From Ruminococcus sp. (GTDB lineage Bacteria > Bacillota > Clostridia > Oscillospirales > Ruminococcaceae), in NCBI GenBank assembly GCA_024403965.1, contig JAKSQU010000001.1:8957-72956 (forward strand): a DNA stretch of 64,000 bases. The letters are read 5' to 3'. A program made the translations under genes and the position numbers. The notes beneath the pieces are model-generated. The model worked only from the letters and a program-made list of their open reading frames with translations, was not told where the DNA came from and made no database searches. Position 1 is the stretch's first letter; the number at the start of each line of letters is the position of its first letter. Shown here one piece after another: positions 38,727 to 49,538 of the stretch.

Positions 38727-40532
38727 GTGAGCGAAAACGAAAAGTCAAAATCAAACGGCAGAAAGAATGTGTCTGCCAGAACAAATCAGAATCAGAAAAC
38801 TGCTAAAAGAAAAAATGCTGATGATAAAGCTGTTGTAAAAAAAGGCAGACCATCTCAGCAGAAGGAAGTTAAAAGAACTCCCGTAAGAATCATTCCGCTT
38901 GGCGGACTTAATGAAATCGGCAAGAATATGACAGTATTTGAATGTTCAAATGATATGTTTATTCTTGACTGCGGTCTTGCATTCCCTGATACAGATATGC
39001 CTGGTGTTGATATCGTAATTCCTGATTTTACCTACGTTGAAAGAAATGCTGATAAGGTCAGAGGTATTGTTATTACACACGGACATGAAGACCATATAGG
39101 CGGTCTTGCATATCTTCTTAAAAAAGTCAATGTTCCTGTATATGCAACAAGACTTACAATAGGTCTTATTGAAGGAAAACTCAAGGAACAGGGACTCAGC
39201 GGTAAGGTTTCACTTAATATTGTTGAACCGAGAAAAACTGTTAAAATGGGTTGCATGGCTGTTGAGTTTATCAAAGTAAATCATTCAATTCCGGATTCAG
39301 TAGGTATGGCAATTCATACTCCTGCGGGCGTTATTGTTCACACAGGAGATTTTAAGGTTGACTATACACCTGTTGACGATGCAACTATTGACCTTGCACG
39401 TTTTGGTGAACTTGGAAGTAAGGGTGTACTTGCTCTTATGGCTGATTCAACAAATGCTGAACGTCCAGGTAATACTCATTCTGAAAAAACTGTCGGTGAA
39501 TCATTTGACAAGCTGTTTCAGAAGGCAGAGGGAAAACGTATTATTATTGCGACTTTCTCATCAAATATTCATCGTGTTCAGCAGATTATCAATTGTGCAG
39601 TAAGATATAACCGTAAGGTTGCAGTTTTCGGCAGAAGTATGATAAATGTAATCAATACCGCAATTGAACTCGGTTATCTTGATGTTCCTGCCGGCGTAAT
39701 GATTGACATCGAAATGATGAGCCGTTATGAGAGCGAAAGAATTGTTCTTATTACTACTGGAAGCCAGGGAGAGCCTATGTCTGCTCTCACCCGTATGGCA
39801 ATGAATGACCATAAGAAAGTAAATATCACTCCTATGGATTTCATCATTATTTCAGCTACTCCTATTCCGGGCAATGAAAAGTTTGTAACAAGAGTGGTTA
39901 ACGAACTTATGAAGTCAGGTGCAGAGGTTGTATACGAGGCAATGTACGAGGTTCACGTTTCAGGTCATGCGTGTCAGGAAGAACTCAAACTCATGCAGGC
40001 TCTTACAAGACCTAAGTTCTTTATTCCTGTTCACGGTGAGCATAAGCACCTTAAAAAACACGCTGACCTTGCCTGTCAGCTTGGTATGGACAGAGAAAAT
40101 GTTATTATTGCAGAAATAGGAAATGTCATTGAAACTGACGGAAATACAATGAAGGTTGTATCACAGGTTCCAGCAGGAAGAATTCTTGTCGATGGTCTTG
40201 GTGTCGGAGATGTTGGTTCAATTGTTCTCAGAGACAGAAAGCATCTTGCACAGGACGGACTTATTATTATTGTAATCGGCATCGAAAGAGCAACAAATGA
40301 AATTGTTGCAGGTCCGGATATAATATCAAGAGGATTTGTATATGTAAGAGAATCTGAGGAACTCATAGATGAGGCAAAACTTCTCCTTACCGATACTCTT
40401 GACAACTGCTCAAGCAGTGAACTCAGAGAGTGGAATTCTCTTAAAGGAAAAATGCGTGATGCACTTTCAGATTATATTTATCAGAAGACTAAGCGCAGTC
40501 CTATGATTCTCCCTATTATCATGGAAACATGA
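38727..40532 (+). CDS. rnj: Ribonuclease J
   Basis: PLGGLNEIGKN; THGHEDHIG; HTGDFK; HVSGHA; PVHGE; basic N-terminal extension. Confidence 0.95.
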   Translation: MSENEKSKSNGRKNVSARTNQNQKTAKRKNADDKAVVKKGRPSQQKEVKRTPVRIIPLGGLNEIGKNMTVFECSNDMFILDCGLAFPDTDMPGVDIVIPDFTYVERNADKVRGIVITHGHEDHIGGLAYLLKKVNVPVYATRLTIGLIEGKLKEQGLSGKVSLNIVEPRKTVKMGCMAVEFIKVNHSIPDSVGMAIHTPAGVIVHTGDFKVDYTPVDDATIDLARFGELGSKGVLALMADSTNAERPGNTHSEKTVGESFDKLFQKAEGKRIIIATFSSNIHRVQQIINCAVRYNRKVAVFGRSMINVINTAIELGYLDVPAGVMIDIEMMSRYESERIVLITTGSQGEPMSALTRMAMNDHKKVNITPMDFIIISATPIPGNEKFVTRVVNELMKSGAEVVYEAMYEVHVSGHACQEELKLMQALTRPKFFIPVHGEHKHLKKHADLACQLGMDRENVIIAEIGNVIETDGNTMKVVSQVPAGRILVDGLGVGDVGSIVLRDRKHLAQDGLIIIVIGIERATNEIVAGPDIISRGFVYVRESEELIDEAKLLLTDTLDNCSSSELREWNSLKGKMRDALSDYIYQKTKRSPMILPIIMET

Positions 40533-40608
40533 TTGACTGCATAGTAACAATAAAACTGCTGTCTGACAGCATTCAGCAGTTTACCTGTGTTCCGAAAGGG
40601 GCTAAGTA

Positions 40609-42582
40609 ATGAAAAAAAGATTTCCGGCGGTGCTGTTTGCAATACAGATTTTCCTTATGGCTGATATTACTGCGGCACTGCTGATGACAAGCCGAAACAA
40701 TCTCGATATAAGAATACTTCTTTCTGCGGCATTTGCAGTTATTACGGCTGTAGCTGTCTATATGGTTTTCAGTTCGAGAAATTCAATGCAGAGAATTTCT
40801 GAAATGAATGACCATCTTGAAACAACTGCAGGAGAATTTATGACATCGCTTCCTACTCCTGTAGTGGTTATTGATGAAAAAAGCTGTATACTTTGGTACA
40901 ATCAGCTTTTTCAGGAGAAAATAAGTCTCGGACAGGATGCTTACGGAAATGATTTTGCGGCATATGTAAATATTGATCTGAATACACTCAAACTTATGAA
41001 GTCAGAGCATTGTGCCGTAAATGGCTGTAACTATAATATTATTGCCGAAAAGTATAATAAAGGCGATATGACTCTTTATGTGCTGTATTTCAATGATGAA
41101 ACAACACTTGTCAGCATCAAGAATGATTTTGATGCGTCACATCCTAATGTAGTTGTTATTACGATAGACAATTATGATGAGATAATGCAGAATGCCAAGG
41201 AAAGTGACAAGGCACAGGCATCATTTGAAACAGAAAAGCTTATTGAAACATTCATGAGTGAAACAAACGGCTTTATTAAAAGAACTTCTTCTAATTCATT
41301 TTATGCTGTAATAGAAAACAGACATCTTGACAAGATTATTGAAGATAAGTTCAAAATACTTGATTCTGCAAGAAATATTAAAATTGCAGGTAAGTATCCA
41401 CTCACATTTTCAATTGGTGTAGGTCAAGGTGCTGAATCTCTTGCAGAAAGTGAAAAAATTGCAAGACAGTGTCTTGATATGGCGCTCGGCAGAGGCGGAG
41501 ATCAGGCTGTAGTAAAAACAGAGAACGGATTCCGTTTCTTTGGCGGTGTTTCACAGGGAGTTGAAAAACGTTCAAGAGCCAAAACCCGTGTAATTGCAAA
41601 TGCTTTACAGGATTTAATTGCTAATTCTGATAAAGTATTTATAATGGGGCATCGTTTCGGTGATCTTGATTCTGTAGGTGCGGCAAGTGGCCTTGCAGGT
41701 GCAATAAAAATACTCGGCAAGGAAGTTTATATTGCTGTTGCAAGAAGTAAAAACCTTGCACTCAATCTTATTGAATATGTAGAAAGTGAATCAGGAGACG
41801 ATATCTTTATATCCAATGAAGATGCAGTTTCACTTATCGGACCTGAGGATCTGCTTATTGTTGTAGATACACACAATAAGGAATATATTGAAAGTCCTGA
41901 GCTTTACTCAAAGGCAAAGTCGGTGGTTGTAATTGACCACCATAGAAAAACTGTCAATTTCATTGATAATGCTGTCATCTTTTATCATGAACCATATGCA
42001 TCATCTGCATCTGAAATGGTCACAGAGATTATTCAGTATTTCAATGACGAGAATGACGGAAAGATAGACAGCTGTTATGCTGAGGCTCTTCTTGCAGGTA
42101 TAACACTTGATACAAAGAATTTTGTAATGCGTACAGGCGTAAGAACCTTTGAGGCTGCGGCTTTTCTTAAAAAGCTTGGTGCAGATACTGTTTCTGTTAA
42201 GCTTTTGTTCTCGAATTCGATTGATTCGTACAGAAGAAAAACTCAGATTGTTGCTGCGGCTAAGATACATAGAAACTGTGCAATAGCTACAGCAGATTTT
42301 AAATCAGATGATATCCGTCTTGTTGCTCCGCAGGCGGCAGATGAACTTCTCGGCATAACTGATGTTGAGGCGTCATTTGTAATTTACAAGACGGGTTCAA
42401 TAGTTAATATATCATCACGTTCACTTGGAGCGCTGAATGTTCAGGTAATCATGGAAAAGCTTGGTGGCGGCGGTCATCAGACTATGGCGGCGGCTCAGCT
42501 TGAAAATGTATCGTGTGATGATGCATACAAATCACTTACAAAAGCAATCGATGAGTATCGTAAGGATACTCCTGATGCATAA
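40609..42582 (+). CDS. gdpP: c-di-AMP phosphodiesterase (2TM-PAS-GGDEF-like-DHH/DHHA1)
   Basis: ALGRGGDQA; GH..DLDS; IDHH; GGGH; directly upstream of rplI-dnaB. Confidence 0.92.
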   Translation: MKKRFPAVLFAIQIFLMADITAALLMTSRNNLDIRILLSAAFAVITAVAVYMVFSSRNSMQRISEMNDHLETTAGEFMTSLPTPVVVIDEKSCILWYNQLFQEKISLGQDAYGNDFAAYVNIDLNTLKLMKSEHCAVNGCNYNIIAEKYNKGDMTLYVLYFNDETTLVSIKNDFDASHPNVVVITIDNYDEIMQNAKESDKAQASFETEKLIETFMSETNGFIKRTSSNSFYAVIENRHLDKIIEDKFKILDSARNIKIAGKYPLTFSIGVGQGAESLAESEKIARQCLDMALGRGGDQAVVKTENGFRFFGGVSQGVEKRSRAKTRVIANALQDLIANSDKVFIMGHRFGDLDSVGAASGLAGAIKILGKEVYIAVARSKNLALNLIEYVESESGDDIFISNEDAVSLIGPEDLLIVVDTHNKEYIESPELYSKAKSVVVIDHHRKTVNFIDNAVIFYHEPYASSASEMVTEIIQYFNDENDGKIDSCYAEALLAGITLDTKNFVMRTGVRTFEAAAFLKKLGADTVSVKLLFSNSIDSYRRKTQIVAAAKIHRNCAIATADFKSDDIRLVAPQAADELLGITDVEASFVIYKTGSIVNISSRSLGALNVQVIMEKLGGGGHQTMAAAQLENVSCDDAYKSLTKAIDEYRKDTPDA

Positions 42583-42600
42583 AAGAAAGGATGTAATAAA

Positions 42601-43047
42601 ATGAAGGTTATTTACTTAACAGATGTAAAAGGCTCTGGTAAAAAGGGCGAAATTAAAAATGTAGCAGACGGATATGCAAGAAATATGCTTATTCCTAAGG
42701 GACTTGCTGTAGAGGCAACTCCGAAGAATCTTAATGCACTCAAAGGACAGCAGGATTCAGCACAGCACAAGATTGACCTCGACATTCAGGCTGCTAAAGA
42801 GGCTGCTGAAAAGCTTAACGGCAAAAAGATTGTAATTAAGGCTAAGGCTGGTTCAAATGACAGATTATTCGGTTCAGTAACATCAGCTAATGTTGCTGAG
42901 GCTGTTGAAGAACAGATTGGTGTTAAGCTTGATAAGAAGAAAATCTCACTCAGCACAGATATTAAGAATTTCGGTTCATATACTGCTGTTATTAAGCTTT
43001 ATAAAGACATCACAGAAAAAATTGATGTTGAAGTTGAACAAGCCTGA
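42601..43047 (+). CDS. rplI: 50S ribosomal protein L9
   Basis: [21 protein letters not shown]; LFGSVT. Confidence 0.97.
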   Translation: MKVIYLTDVKGSGKKGEIKNVADGYARNMLIPKGLAVEATPKNLNALKGQQDSAQHKIDLDIQAAKEAAEKLNGKKIVIKAKAGSNDRLFGSVTSANVAEAVEEQIGVKLDKKKISLSTDIKNFGSYTAVIKLYKDITEKIDVEVEQA

Positions 43048-43058
43048 CAGGTGAAATC

Positions 43059-44417
43059 ATGGATGAAAATAATCTTTCTGTCTCCGCCAGAGAGCTGCCA
43101 CACAGCATCGAGGCGGAGCAATCCGTTTTAGGAGCAATTATTGCAGATTCATCAGTTCTTTCAACAGCTCTTGAACTGCTTAAACCTGAATACTTTTATA
43201 ATGAACAGCATAGTGCAATTTTCAGTATAATTGTAAGAATGTTTTCAGCAAGTGTGCCGATTGATATCGTTACACTTCTTAACGAAACTGAAAGACTTCA
43301 TATATTTGAAAATCCGACAGAGGGCAGAAAGTATCTTGGTGAAATTGCATCAATGCTCCCTACTACAGCAAATATTGAAAGTTACTGTAAAATTGTAGCT
43401 GAAAAATATTATATAAGAAGTCTGAGCTATGTGGCAAGGTCAATTCTTGATGATATTCAGACAGGTGAACATGATGCACAGGCTCTTCTTGATGCCGCAG
43501 AGCAGAGAATCTACGATATCAGACAAGGCAGAGATGTAAGAGGTCTTGTACCTATTTCAGAGGCTATTGCAGAGGCTTATGACAGACTTGGAAAAATTTC
43601 AGGTCCTGATAAGGAAAAGTTTGTTGGCGCAAGAACAGGATTTACTTTGCTTGACAGTATTACATCAGGTCTTAATAAATCTGACCTTATTATTATTGCG
43701 GCTCGTCCTGGTATGGGTAAAACATCTTTTGCAATGAATATTGCAGTAAATGTTGCAAGACGTTCTGATAAAGAGGTGGTTACATTCAACCTTGAAATGT
43801 CAAAGGAACAGCTTGCTACCAGAATTCTGTCAACTGAGGCACTTGTTGATTCAAATACACTTCGTAACGGACGTATCTCAGGTGATGACTGGGTTAACCT
43901 TGCTACAAGTGCAGGATATCTCAGCGGTCTTCCGCTTTATATTGACGATACGGCAAGTATGACAGTTCAGCAGATGAAAGCCAAATTAAGAAGAACTAAA
44001 AATTTAGGACTTGTAATTATTGACTATCTTCAGCTTATGGAGTCAACTTCACGTTCAGACAACAGAGTTGTTGTAATTTCTGAAATTACAAGACAGCTTA
44101 AGGTTATGGCAAAGGAACTTAATGTTCCTGTTATACTTCTTTCACAGCTTTCTCGTGCCGTAGAAGGACGTACAGATAAAAGACCTATGCTTTCTGACCT
44201 TCGTGAATCAGGTTCTATTGAGCAGGATGCGGATATAGTTCTTTTCCTTTATCGTGAGGCTTATTATAATAAGGAAAGTCAGAAACCTAATATTTCTGAA
44301 TGTATTGTTGCAAAAAACCGTCATGGTGAAACAGGAACAGTTGAACTTGTATGGAATGGTCAGTATACACGTTTCTCAAATCCTGAGTTCAGTGAAGTTC
44401 CTGCTGATATAGGCTGA
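43059..44417 (+). CDS. dnaB: Replicative DNA helicase
   Basis: PHSIEAEQSVLG; ARPGMGKT; IDYLQL; SDLRESGSIEQDAD; KNRHG. Confidence 0.97.
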   Translation: MDENNLSVSARELPHSIEAEQSVLGAIIADSSVLSTALELLKPEYFYNEQHSAIFSIIVRMFSASVPIDIVTLLNETERLHIFENPTEGRKYLGEIASMLPTTANIESYCKIVAEKYYIRSLSYVARSILDDIQTGEHDAQALLDAAEQRIYDIRQGRDVRGLVPISEAIAEAYDRLGKISGPDKEKFVGARTGFTLLDSITSGLNKSDLIIIAARPGMGKTSFAMNIAVNVARRSDKEVVTFNLEMSKEQLATRILSTEALVDSNTLRNGRISGDDWVNLATSAGYLSGLPLYIDDTASMTVQQMKAKLRRTKNLGLVIIDYLQLMESTSRSDNRVVVISEITRQLKVMAKELNVPVILLSQLSRAVEGRTDKRPMLSDLRESGSIEQDADIVLFLYREAYYNKESQKPNISECIVAKNRHGETGTVELVWNGQYTRFSNPEFSEVPADIG

Positions 44418-44418
44418 T

Positions 44419-45750
44419 ATGATAGAAAAAATTTACAGCTTTATTAAAGAGAACAGGCTTTTGTCAGAAGGAGATACCGTAGTATGCGGATTTTCAGGCG
44501 GTGCTGACAGTACAGGATTACTTCTTTCACTATATAAGCTGAGAGAACGTCTTAGTATCAATATTGAGGCAATACATGTAAACCATTGTCTCAGAGGTGA
44601 AGAAAGTGACAGGGATGAGAGATTTTGCGCCGATTTATGCGAAAGACTTAATATCCCTTTTAATGCTGTTTCATGTAATGTCAGAGAATATGCAAAATTA
44701 CATTCTCTTTCTGATGAAGAGGCGGCAAGAAAGCTGAGATACGGGATTTTTGAGAAATATTCCGTAGGAAAGAAAATTGCCACAGCACACAATGCCAATG
44801 ATAATCTTGAAACAGTTATTCTTAATATTTCAAGAGGTACTGCTTTAAAAGGAATTGCCGGTATTCCGGTAAAACGTGGCAATATAATAAGACCACTGCT
44901 TGCAGTAAGCAGAAATGAAATTGAAAGCTTTCTTTTTGCTGAAAAACAGAATTTTGTAACTGATAGCACTAATCTTTCTGATGATTATACACGAAATAAA
45001 ATAAGACATAAAATTATTCCGCTCATTTCTGAATTGAACAGTTCTGCAGTTGAAACTTCTGTTCGTTCACTTTCTGTTCTCAGAGATGAAAATGAACTGA
45101 TAGAATCAGAAACAGATACTGCTTATGAAAAATGCAGAAATGGAAACAAATTAACAGGTCTTTCTCAGTATCATCGTGTTATACGCAGAAGATGTATATC
45201 ACGTCTGCTTTCAGAAAATGGACTCCCCTATTCATCTCAGCGTCTTGAAGAATCTGACAATATTCTTGTGAACGGCGGAAAAATCAATGTATCAAAGGAT
45301 TTATATCTTATATCAGATGGTAATTCGTTAGAACTCAGTTGCATTGTCAAAGAAACTGAACAGGAATACACAGAAAAAGATCTTGTAATTGGTGAAAATC
45401 AGATTTATGATGACAAAACGCTTATCTGTGAACTTATTGAATGTGATAATTTGAAGAAAAATGTTCTTGTTAACAAAAAATTAACATTTTATGTGGCAGA
45501 TTATGATAAAATAATAGGAAGAGCTGTTGTCAGAAAACGTAAGTTCGGTGATAAAATTCAGCTCAAAGGAAGAAATTTTACTTCTTCCGTAAAAAAACTC
45601 ATTAATGAGACGGTTCCGTCTGAAAAACGCAGTAAACTGCATTTTATTGAGGATGAACATGGAACTGTCTTTGCTGAATGTATCGGAATAGCACAGCGTG
45701 TTGCTCCCGATGAAAATACTGTGCGGTTTCTGAAGATTTCAGTAAAATAA
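44419..45750 (+). CDS. tilS: tRNA(Ile)-lysidine synthetase
   Basis: SGGADS; AARKLRY; TAHNAND; IIRPLL; DSTN; RNKIR. Confidence 0.93.
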   Translation: MIEKIYSFIKENRLLSEGDTVVCGFSGGADSTGLLLSLYKLRERLSINIEAIHVNHCLRGEESDRDERFCADLCERLNIPFNAVSCNVREYAKLHSLSDEEAARKLRYGIFEKYSVGKKIATAHNANDNLETVILNISRGTALKGIAGIPVKRGNIIRPLLAVSRNEIESFLFAEKQNFVTDSTNLSDDYTRNKIRHKIIPLISELNSSAVETSVRSLSVLRDENELIESETDTAYEKCRNGNKLTGLSQYHRVIRRRCISRLLSENGLPYSSQRLEESDNILVNGGKINVSKDLYLISDGNSLELSCIVKETEQEYTEKDLVIGENQIYDDKTLICELIECDNLKKNVLVNKKLTFYVADYDKIIGRAVVRKRKFGDKIQLKGRNFTSSVKKLINETVPSEKRSKLHFIEDEHGTVFAECIGIAQRVAPDENTVRFLKISVK

Positions 45751-45761
45751 AAAAGATTGGA

Positions 45762-47687
45762 GTGAATTTTTTGACACCAAAGAAAAGTAAAGGCATATTC
45801 ACATATCTCCTAATTATCATTATTGCTATCTTTTGTTTTTACACTGTTATTAACAAATTGAGTGATGCACCTGATAAGACGGAGTATACATCAATAATAA
45901 GTCACTTTGATAATTACGAGGTTTCTTATTATGAACTTGACCTTGGCACAGGCGAACTGAAATATCAGCTTGAAGGCGAAGAGGTTAAGCACAGATACAG
46001 TGTACCTAATGTAAGTATTTTCCTTGATGATACTGAGAATTATCGTACAGAGTATAACAAGCTTCATCCGGATTCACCATTAAAACAGGATTACATCAAG
46101 ATAACAGACAGAACATGGCTCTATTCACTTATTCCTGTTCTTATGACAGTTACACTTGGTATTATTATTCTTGTTTTTATGATGAAACAGGCTGGCGGCG
46201 GCGGAAAAATTTCTACCTTCGGTAAGGCTAATCTTAAAAATGGTGCAAGCGCCAAGAAAGCTACATTTGATGATGTTGCCGGTGCTGATGAAGAAAAACA
46301 GGAACTTGAAGAAATAGTTGATTTCTTAAAGCATCCTAACAAGTATAAGGAAATCGGCGCAAAGGTTCCTAAGGGTGTACTTCTTCTCGGACCTCCAGGT
46401 ACTGGTAAAACTCTTCTTGCAAGAGCAGTTGCAGGTGAGGCAGGATGCCCGTTCTTCCCTATTTCTGGTTCAGATTTTGTTGAAATGTTTGTTGGTGTAG
46501 GTGCATCAAGAGTAAGAGATCTGTTTGAACAGGCTAAGAAACACGCTCCTTCAATCATCTTTATTGATGAAATTGATGCCGTAGGTCGTCACAGAGGTGC
46601 AGGTCTCGGCGGCGGACACGATGAAAGAGAGCAGACACTCAATCAGCTCCTTGTTGAAATGGATGGCTTCACAGGCAATGAAAGTGTAATTGTAATTGCT
46701 GCAACAAACAGACGTGATATTCTCGATCCTGCTCTTCTCAGACCGGGACGTTTTGACAGACAGATTGTTGTTGGATATCCTGATGTCAAGGGACGTGAAG
46801 AAATACTAAATGTTCACGCTAAGAATAAACCATTAGGTCCTGATGTAGATCTCAAGGTTATTGCTCAGACAACACAGGGATTTACCGGAGCTGACCTTGA
46901 AAATCTTCTTAACGAGGCTGCACTTCTTGCTGCAAGAAATGAAAGAATGTCTATTACAGAATCAGACATTGAAGAGGCAACAATGAAGGTTATCGCAGGT
47001 CCTGAAAAGAAATCAAGAATTGTTACTGAGCATGACAAGAGAGTTACAGCTTATCATGAGGCTGGTCACGCAGTAGCCGCATATAATCTTCCTACACAGG
47101 ATAAGGTTCATCAGGTTACTATTATTCAGCGTGGTATGGCTGCAGGTCTTACAGTAACAAGACCTGATAATGATGACAGACACGTTTCAAGAAATCAGAT
47201 GCGTGAAAATATCGTAATGCTCCTTGGCGGACGTGTTGCAGAAGAATTATTTATTGAGGATATCTGCACAGGTGCATCAAATGATATTGAACGTGCTACA
47301 TCAACTGCAAGAAACATGGTTACAAAATATGGCTTCTCTAAGAAAATCGGTACTGTTGTTTACGGCTCAGATAATGATGAGGTATTTCTTGGAAAAGACT
47401 ATGGTCATACAAGAAATTACAGTGAGGCAGTTGCAGCACAGATTGATGATGAGGTTCGTCAGATTATTGAAACAGCATACAGTGAATGTACTGAAATTCT
47501 CAAGGCAAATTCAGATAAAATGCATTTGCTTGCTAAATATCTTCTTAAATATGAGAAGATTGACGGCGAACAGTTTGATAAGCTTATGAAAGGTGAAATT
47601 ACAGAATCTGTACTCCTTGATAAGCCTGTTTCAGATGATAAGTTAATTGATATTGCAATTTCTGATTCCGAAAATTCAGCAGATTGA
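45762..47687 (+). CDS. ftsH: ATP-dependent zinc metalloprotease FtsH
   Basis: Two TMs; GPPGTGKT; IDEID; SRH; HEAGH. Confidence 0.96.
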   Translation: MNFLTPKKSKGIFTYLLIIIIAIFCFYTVINKLSDAPDKTEYTSIISHFDNYEVSYYELDLGTGELKYQLEGEEVKHRYSVPNVSIFLDDTENYRTEYNKLHPDSPLKQDYIKITDRTWLYSLIPVLMTVTLGIIILVFMMKQAGGGGKISTFGKANLKNGASAKKATFDDVAGADEEKQELEEIVDFLKHPNKYKEIGAKVPKGVLLLGPPGTGKTLLARAVAGEAGCPFFPISGSDFVEMFVGVGASRVRDLFEQAKKHAPSIIFIDEIDAVGRHRGAGLGGGHDEREQTLNQLLVEMDGFTGNESVIVIAATNRRDILDPALLRPGRFDRQIVVGYPDVKGREEILNVHAKNKPLGPDVDLKVIAQTTQGFTGADLENLLNEAALLAARNERMSITESDIEEATMKVIAGPEKKSRIVTEHDKRVTAYHEAGHAVAAYNLPTQDKVHQVTIIQRGMAAGLTVTRPDNDDRHVSRNQMRENIVMLLGGRVAEELFIEDICTGASNDIERATSTARNMVTKYGFSKKIGTVVYGSDNDEVFLGKDYGHTRNYSEAVAAQIDDEVRQIIETAYSECTEILKANSDKMHLLAKYLLKYEKIDGEQFDKLMKGEITESVLLDKPVSDDKLIDIAISDSENSAD

Positions 47688-47691
47688 TAAT

Positions 47692-47722
47692 AAAAATCCC
47701 GAAGTTGTCTTCGGGATTTTTT
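47692..47722 (+). terminator. Intrinsic terminator
   Basis: AAAAATCCCGAAG/CTTCGGGATTTTT. Confidence 0.8.
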
Positions 47723-47836
47723 CGTTTTGGTTACAAAGGATTAATATCGGGTTAAATTTATTGAATTATTAAGGCTTATGTGGTATAATTACATTACAGG
47801 CTGTTGGAATTCATTATTTATTATGGGGGTGTTTTT

Positions 47837-48256
47837 TTGAATTCAATACATCTTATTTTGTGTGCTGTGGCGGCAATTACTCTTGATTTATGTACACTTG
47901 TACTTATAATTACAGCATACAGAGAAAAGCGTTCAGCTAATAAGAACTGGGATTGGGTTGCAAATTCAATGGAACTTGCAGAACAAGGCATGACATATGC
48001 CTTAGGCTGTGATGAGGTGCTTATTGGAAGACATGCATCAGCTGACATTCGTCTTCCTGACCTGTCGGTTTCACGTTATCATGCCATGATGACTGTATCA
48101 AACGGAAGATGGACGATTAAGGATTTAAATTCAAAATCAGGTATTTTTGTAAATGGAAATCCTGTTCATGAAATTCTTCTTCATGAAAATGATGTAATAA
48201 AAATCGGAAACCGCAGACTTATTTTCAGAAAAAGGAGGGATAATAATGTACGCTAA
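47837..48256 (+). CDS. Membrane-anchored FHA-domain protein (FhaB-like)
   Basis: N-terminal TM; FHA motifs IGR, VSRYH, DLNSKSG; TTG start after GGGGGTG. Confidence 0.85.
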   Translation: MNSIHLILCAVAAITLDLCTLVLIITAYREKRSANKNWDWVANSMELAEQGMTYALGCDEVLIGRHASADIRLPDLSVSRYHAMMTVSNGRWTIKDLNSKSGIFVNGNPVHEILLHENDVIKIGNRRLIFRKRRDNNVR

Positions 48257-49538
48257 TCCTGTTGCATATGTTTTCTCCTGTATATTTGTTCTTCTTGCGC
48301 ATTCTGCAATGCTTGCTAATGCATTCTTTTATGGAAATTATAGTGATATAAAAGACCTTATTATCCTGGGCGGTGCAGTTGTTGCGCTTGATATAGTGTA
48401 TTTTATTGCCATACTTTTCTTTAAGCAAATTTCATATGCGGTAGACTTTTTACTAATTCTTATACTGAATATGAGTGTTATTTTTCAATCGTGTTTCGGC
48501 GGAGTTCATCTTGATATTAAGCATTATGTTACTTGTATTGCGGCATTAGTTTCTTGTAAGGCGGGATTTCTGATTTGCCGAAACTATAAAAAATTGCAGG
48601 ATAAAAAGTATATTTTCTATATCGGTATTTGTATCCTTATGGTGATGATTGTACTTTTTGCAGGCGAAAGAAGTATGTGGATAAAAATCGGTTCATTTTC
48701 AGTTCAGCCGTCTGAATTTATCAAACCGCTTTTTGTTCTTGCCTGTGCTACATCTGTAATGGATCAGCAGAAAAAACATAAGATTCTGTTTGTAAATGTA
48801 GTTTACGAAAATATAGCACTGTTTGCAATGACAGCTGTTATTTGCTTGTTTCAGTGGTGGTGCCGAGACCTTGGAAGTCTTCCTACATTTGTCGGAATTT
48901 ACTGCTGTGGATTTCTTCTGAGAATATGCTATCCGAAGGCTAAATTTTCAAGAAAAAAACTTATCTTTGCCTGTATAATACTTTTAATATTTTGTGCAGT
49001 TGCGTATAAATTTGCGCCTGAGTATGTTCAGCAGAGACTTCACGTTGATATTTGGAATGACAAGAATGGTGATGGATATCAGCAGTCACGTGCACTCATT
49101 GGTATTGCAAACGGCGGATGGTTTGGTGTAGGCCCTGGCAAGGGATATCTCCATAATATTCCCGCTTATGAAAGTGATATTGTTTTCTCTACAATCTGTG
49201 AGGAATGGGGACTTCTTTACGGACTTATGATGGTATGTGTAATACTGATAATGGTAGCTGTACCGCTTATAAATCCACCACGTTCATACTACCATGCGAC
49301 AATGTCAACTGGTGTGTGTGCGGCATTTGTTGTTCAGATGGCGCTGAATATTTTCGGTTCATGTAATCTTATTCCATTCACAGGTGTTACAATTCCATTT
49401 GTATCAGCAGGTGGTAGTTCTATGGTAGTAAGCGGATTTATGATAGGTATGCTTATTGCGTGTCAGTCCCCTGTTTTCAGAGAATCAGCATCTAATAAAA
49501 AACAGAAGGAAGTTCCTGCATGGAGGTGGTCAGAATGA
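48246..49538 (+). CDS. SEDS-family peptidoglycan glycosyltransferase (RodA/FtsW)
   Basis: SVQPSEFIK; DLG; GYQ; SDIVFS..EEWG; TGVTIPFVSAGGSS. Confidence 0.9.
   Translation: MYANPVAYVFSCIFVLLAHSAMLANAFFYGNYSDIKDLIILGGAVVALDIVYFIAILFFKQISYAVDFLLILILNMSVIFQSCFGGVHLDIKHYVTCIAALVSCKAGFLICRNYKKLQDKKYIFYIGICILMVMIVLFAGERSMWIKIGSFSVQPSEFIKPLFVLACATSVMDQQKKHKILFVNVVYENIALFAMTAVICLFQWWCRDLGSLPTFVGIYCCGFLLRICYPKAKFSRKKLIFACIILLIFCAVAYKFAPEYVQQRLHVDIWNDKNGDGYQQSRALIGIANGGWFGVGPGKGYLHNIPAYESDIVFSTICEEWGLLYGLMMVCVILIMVAVPLINPPRSYYHATMSTGVCAAFVVQMALNIFGSCNLIPFTGVTIPFVSAGGSSMVVSGFMIGMLIACQSPVFRESASNKKQKEVPAWRWSE

Noticed and set aside
45750-45762. hpt missing between tilS and ftsH
   Set aside because: Common gene-order variation; no pseudogene remnant.
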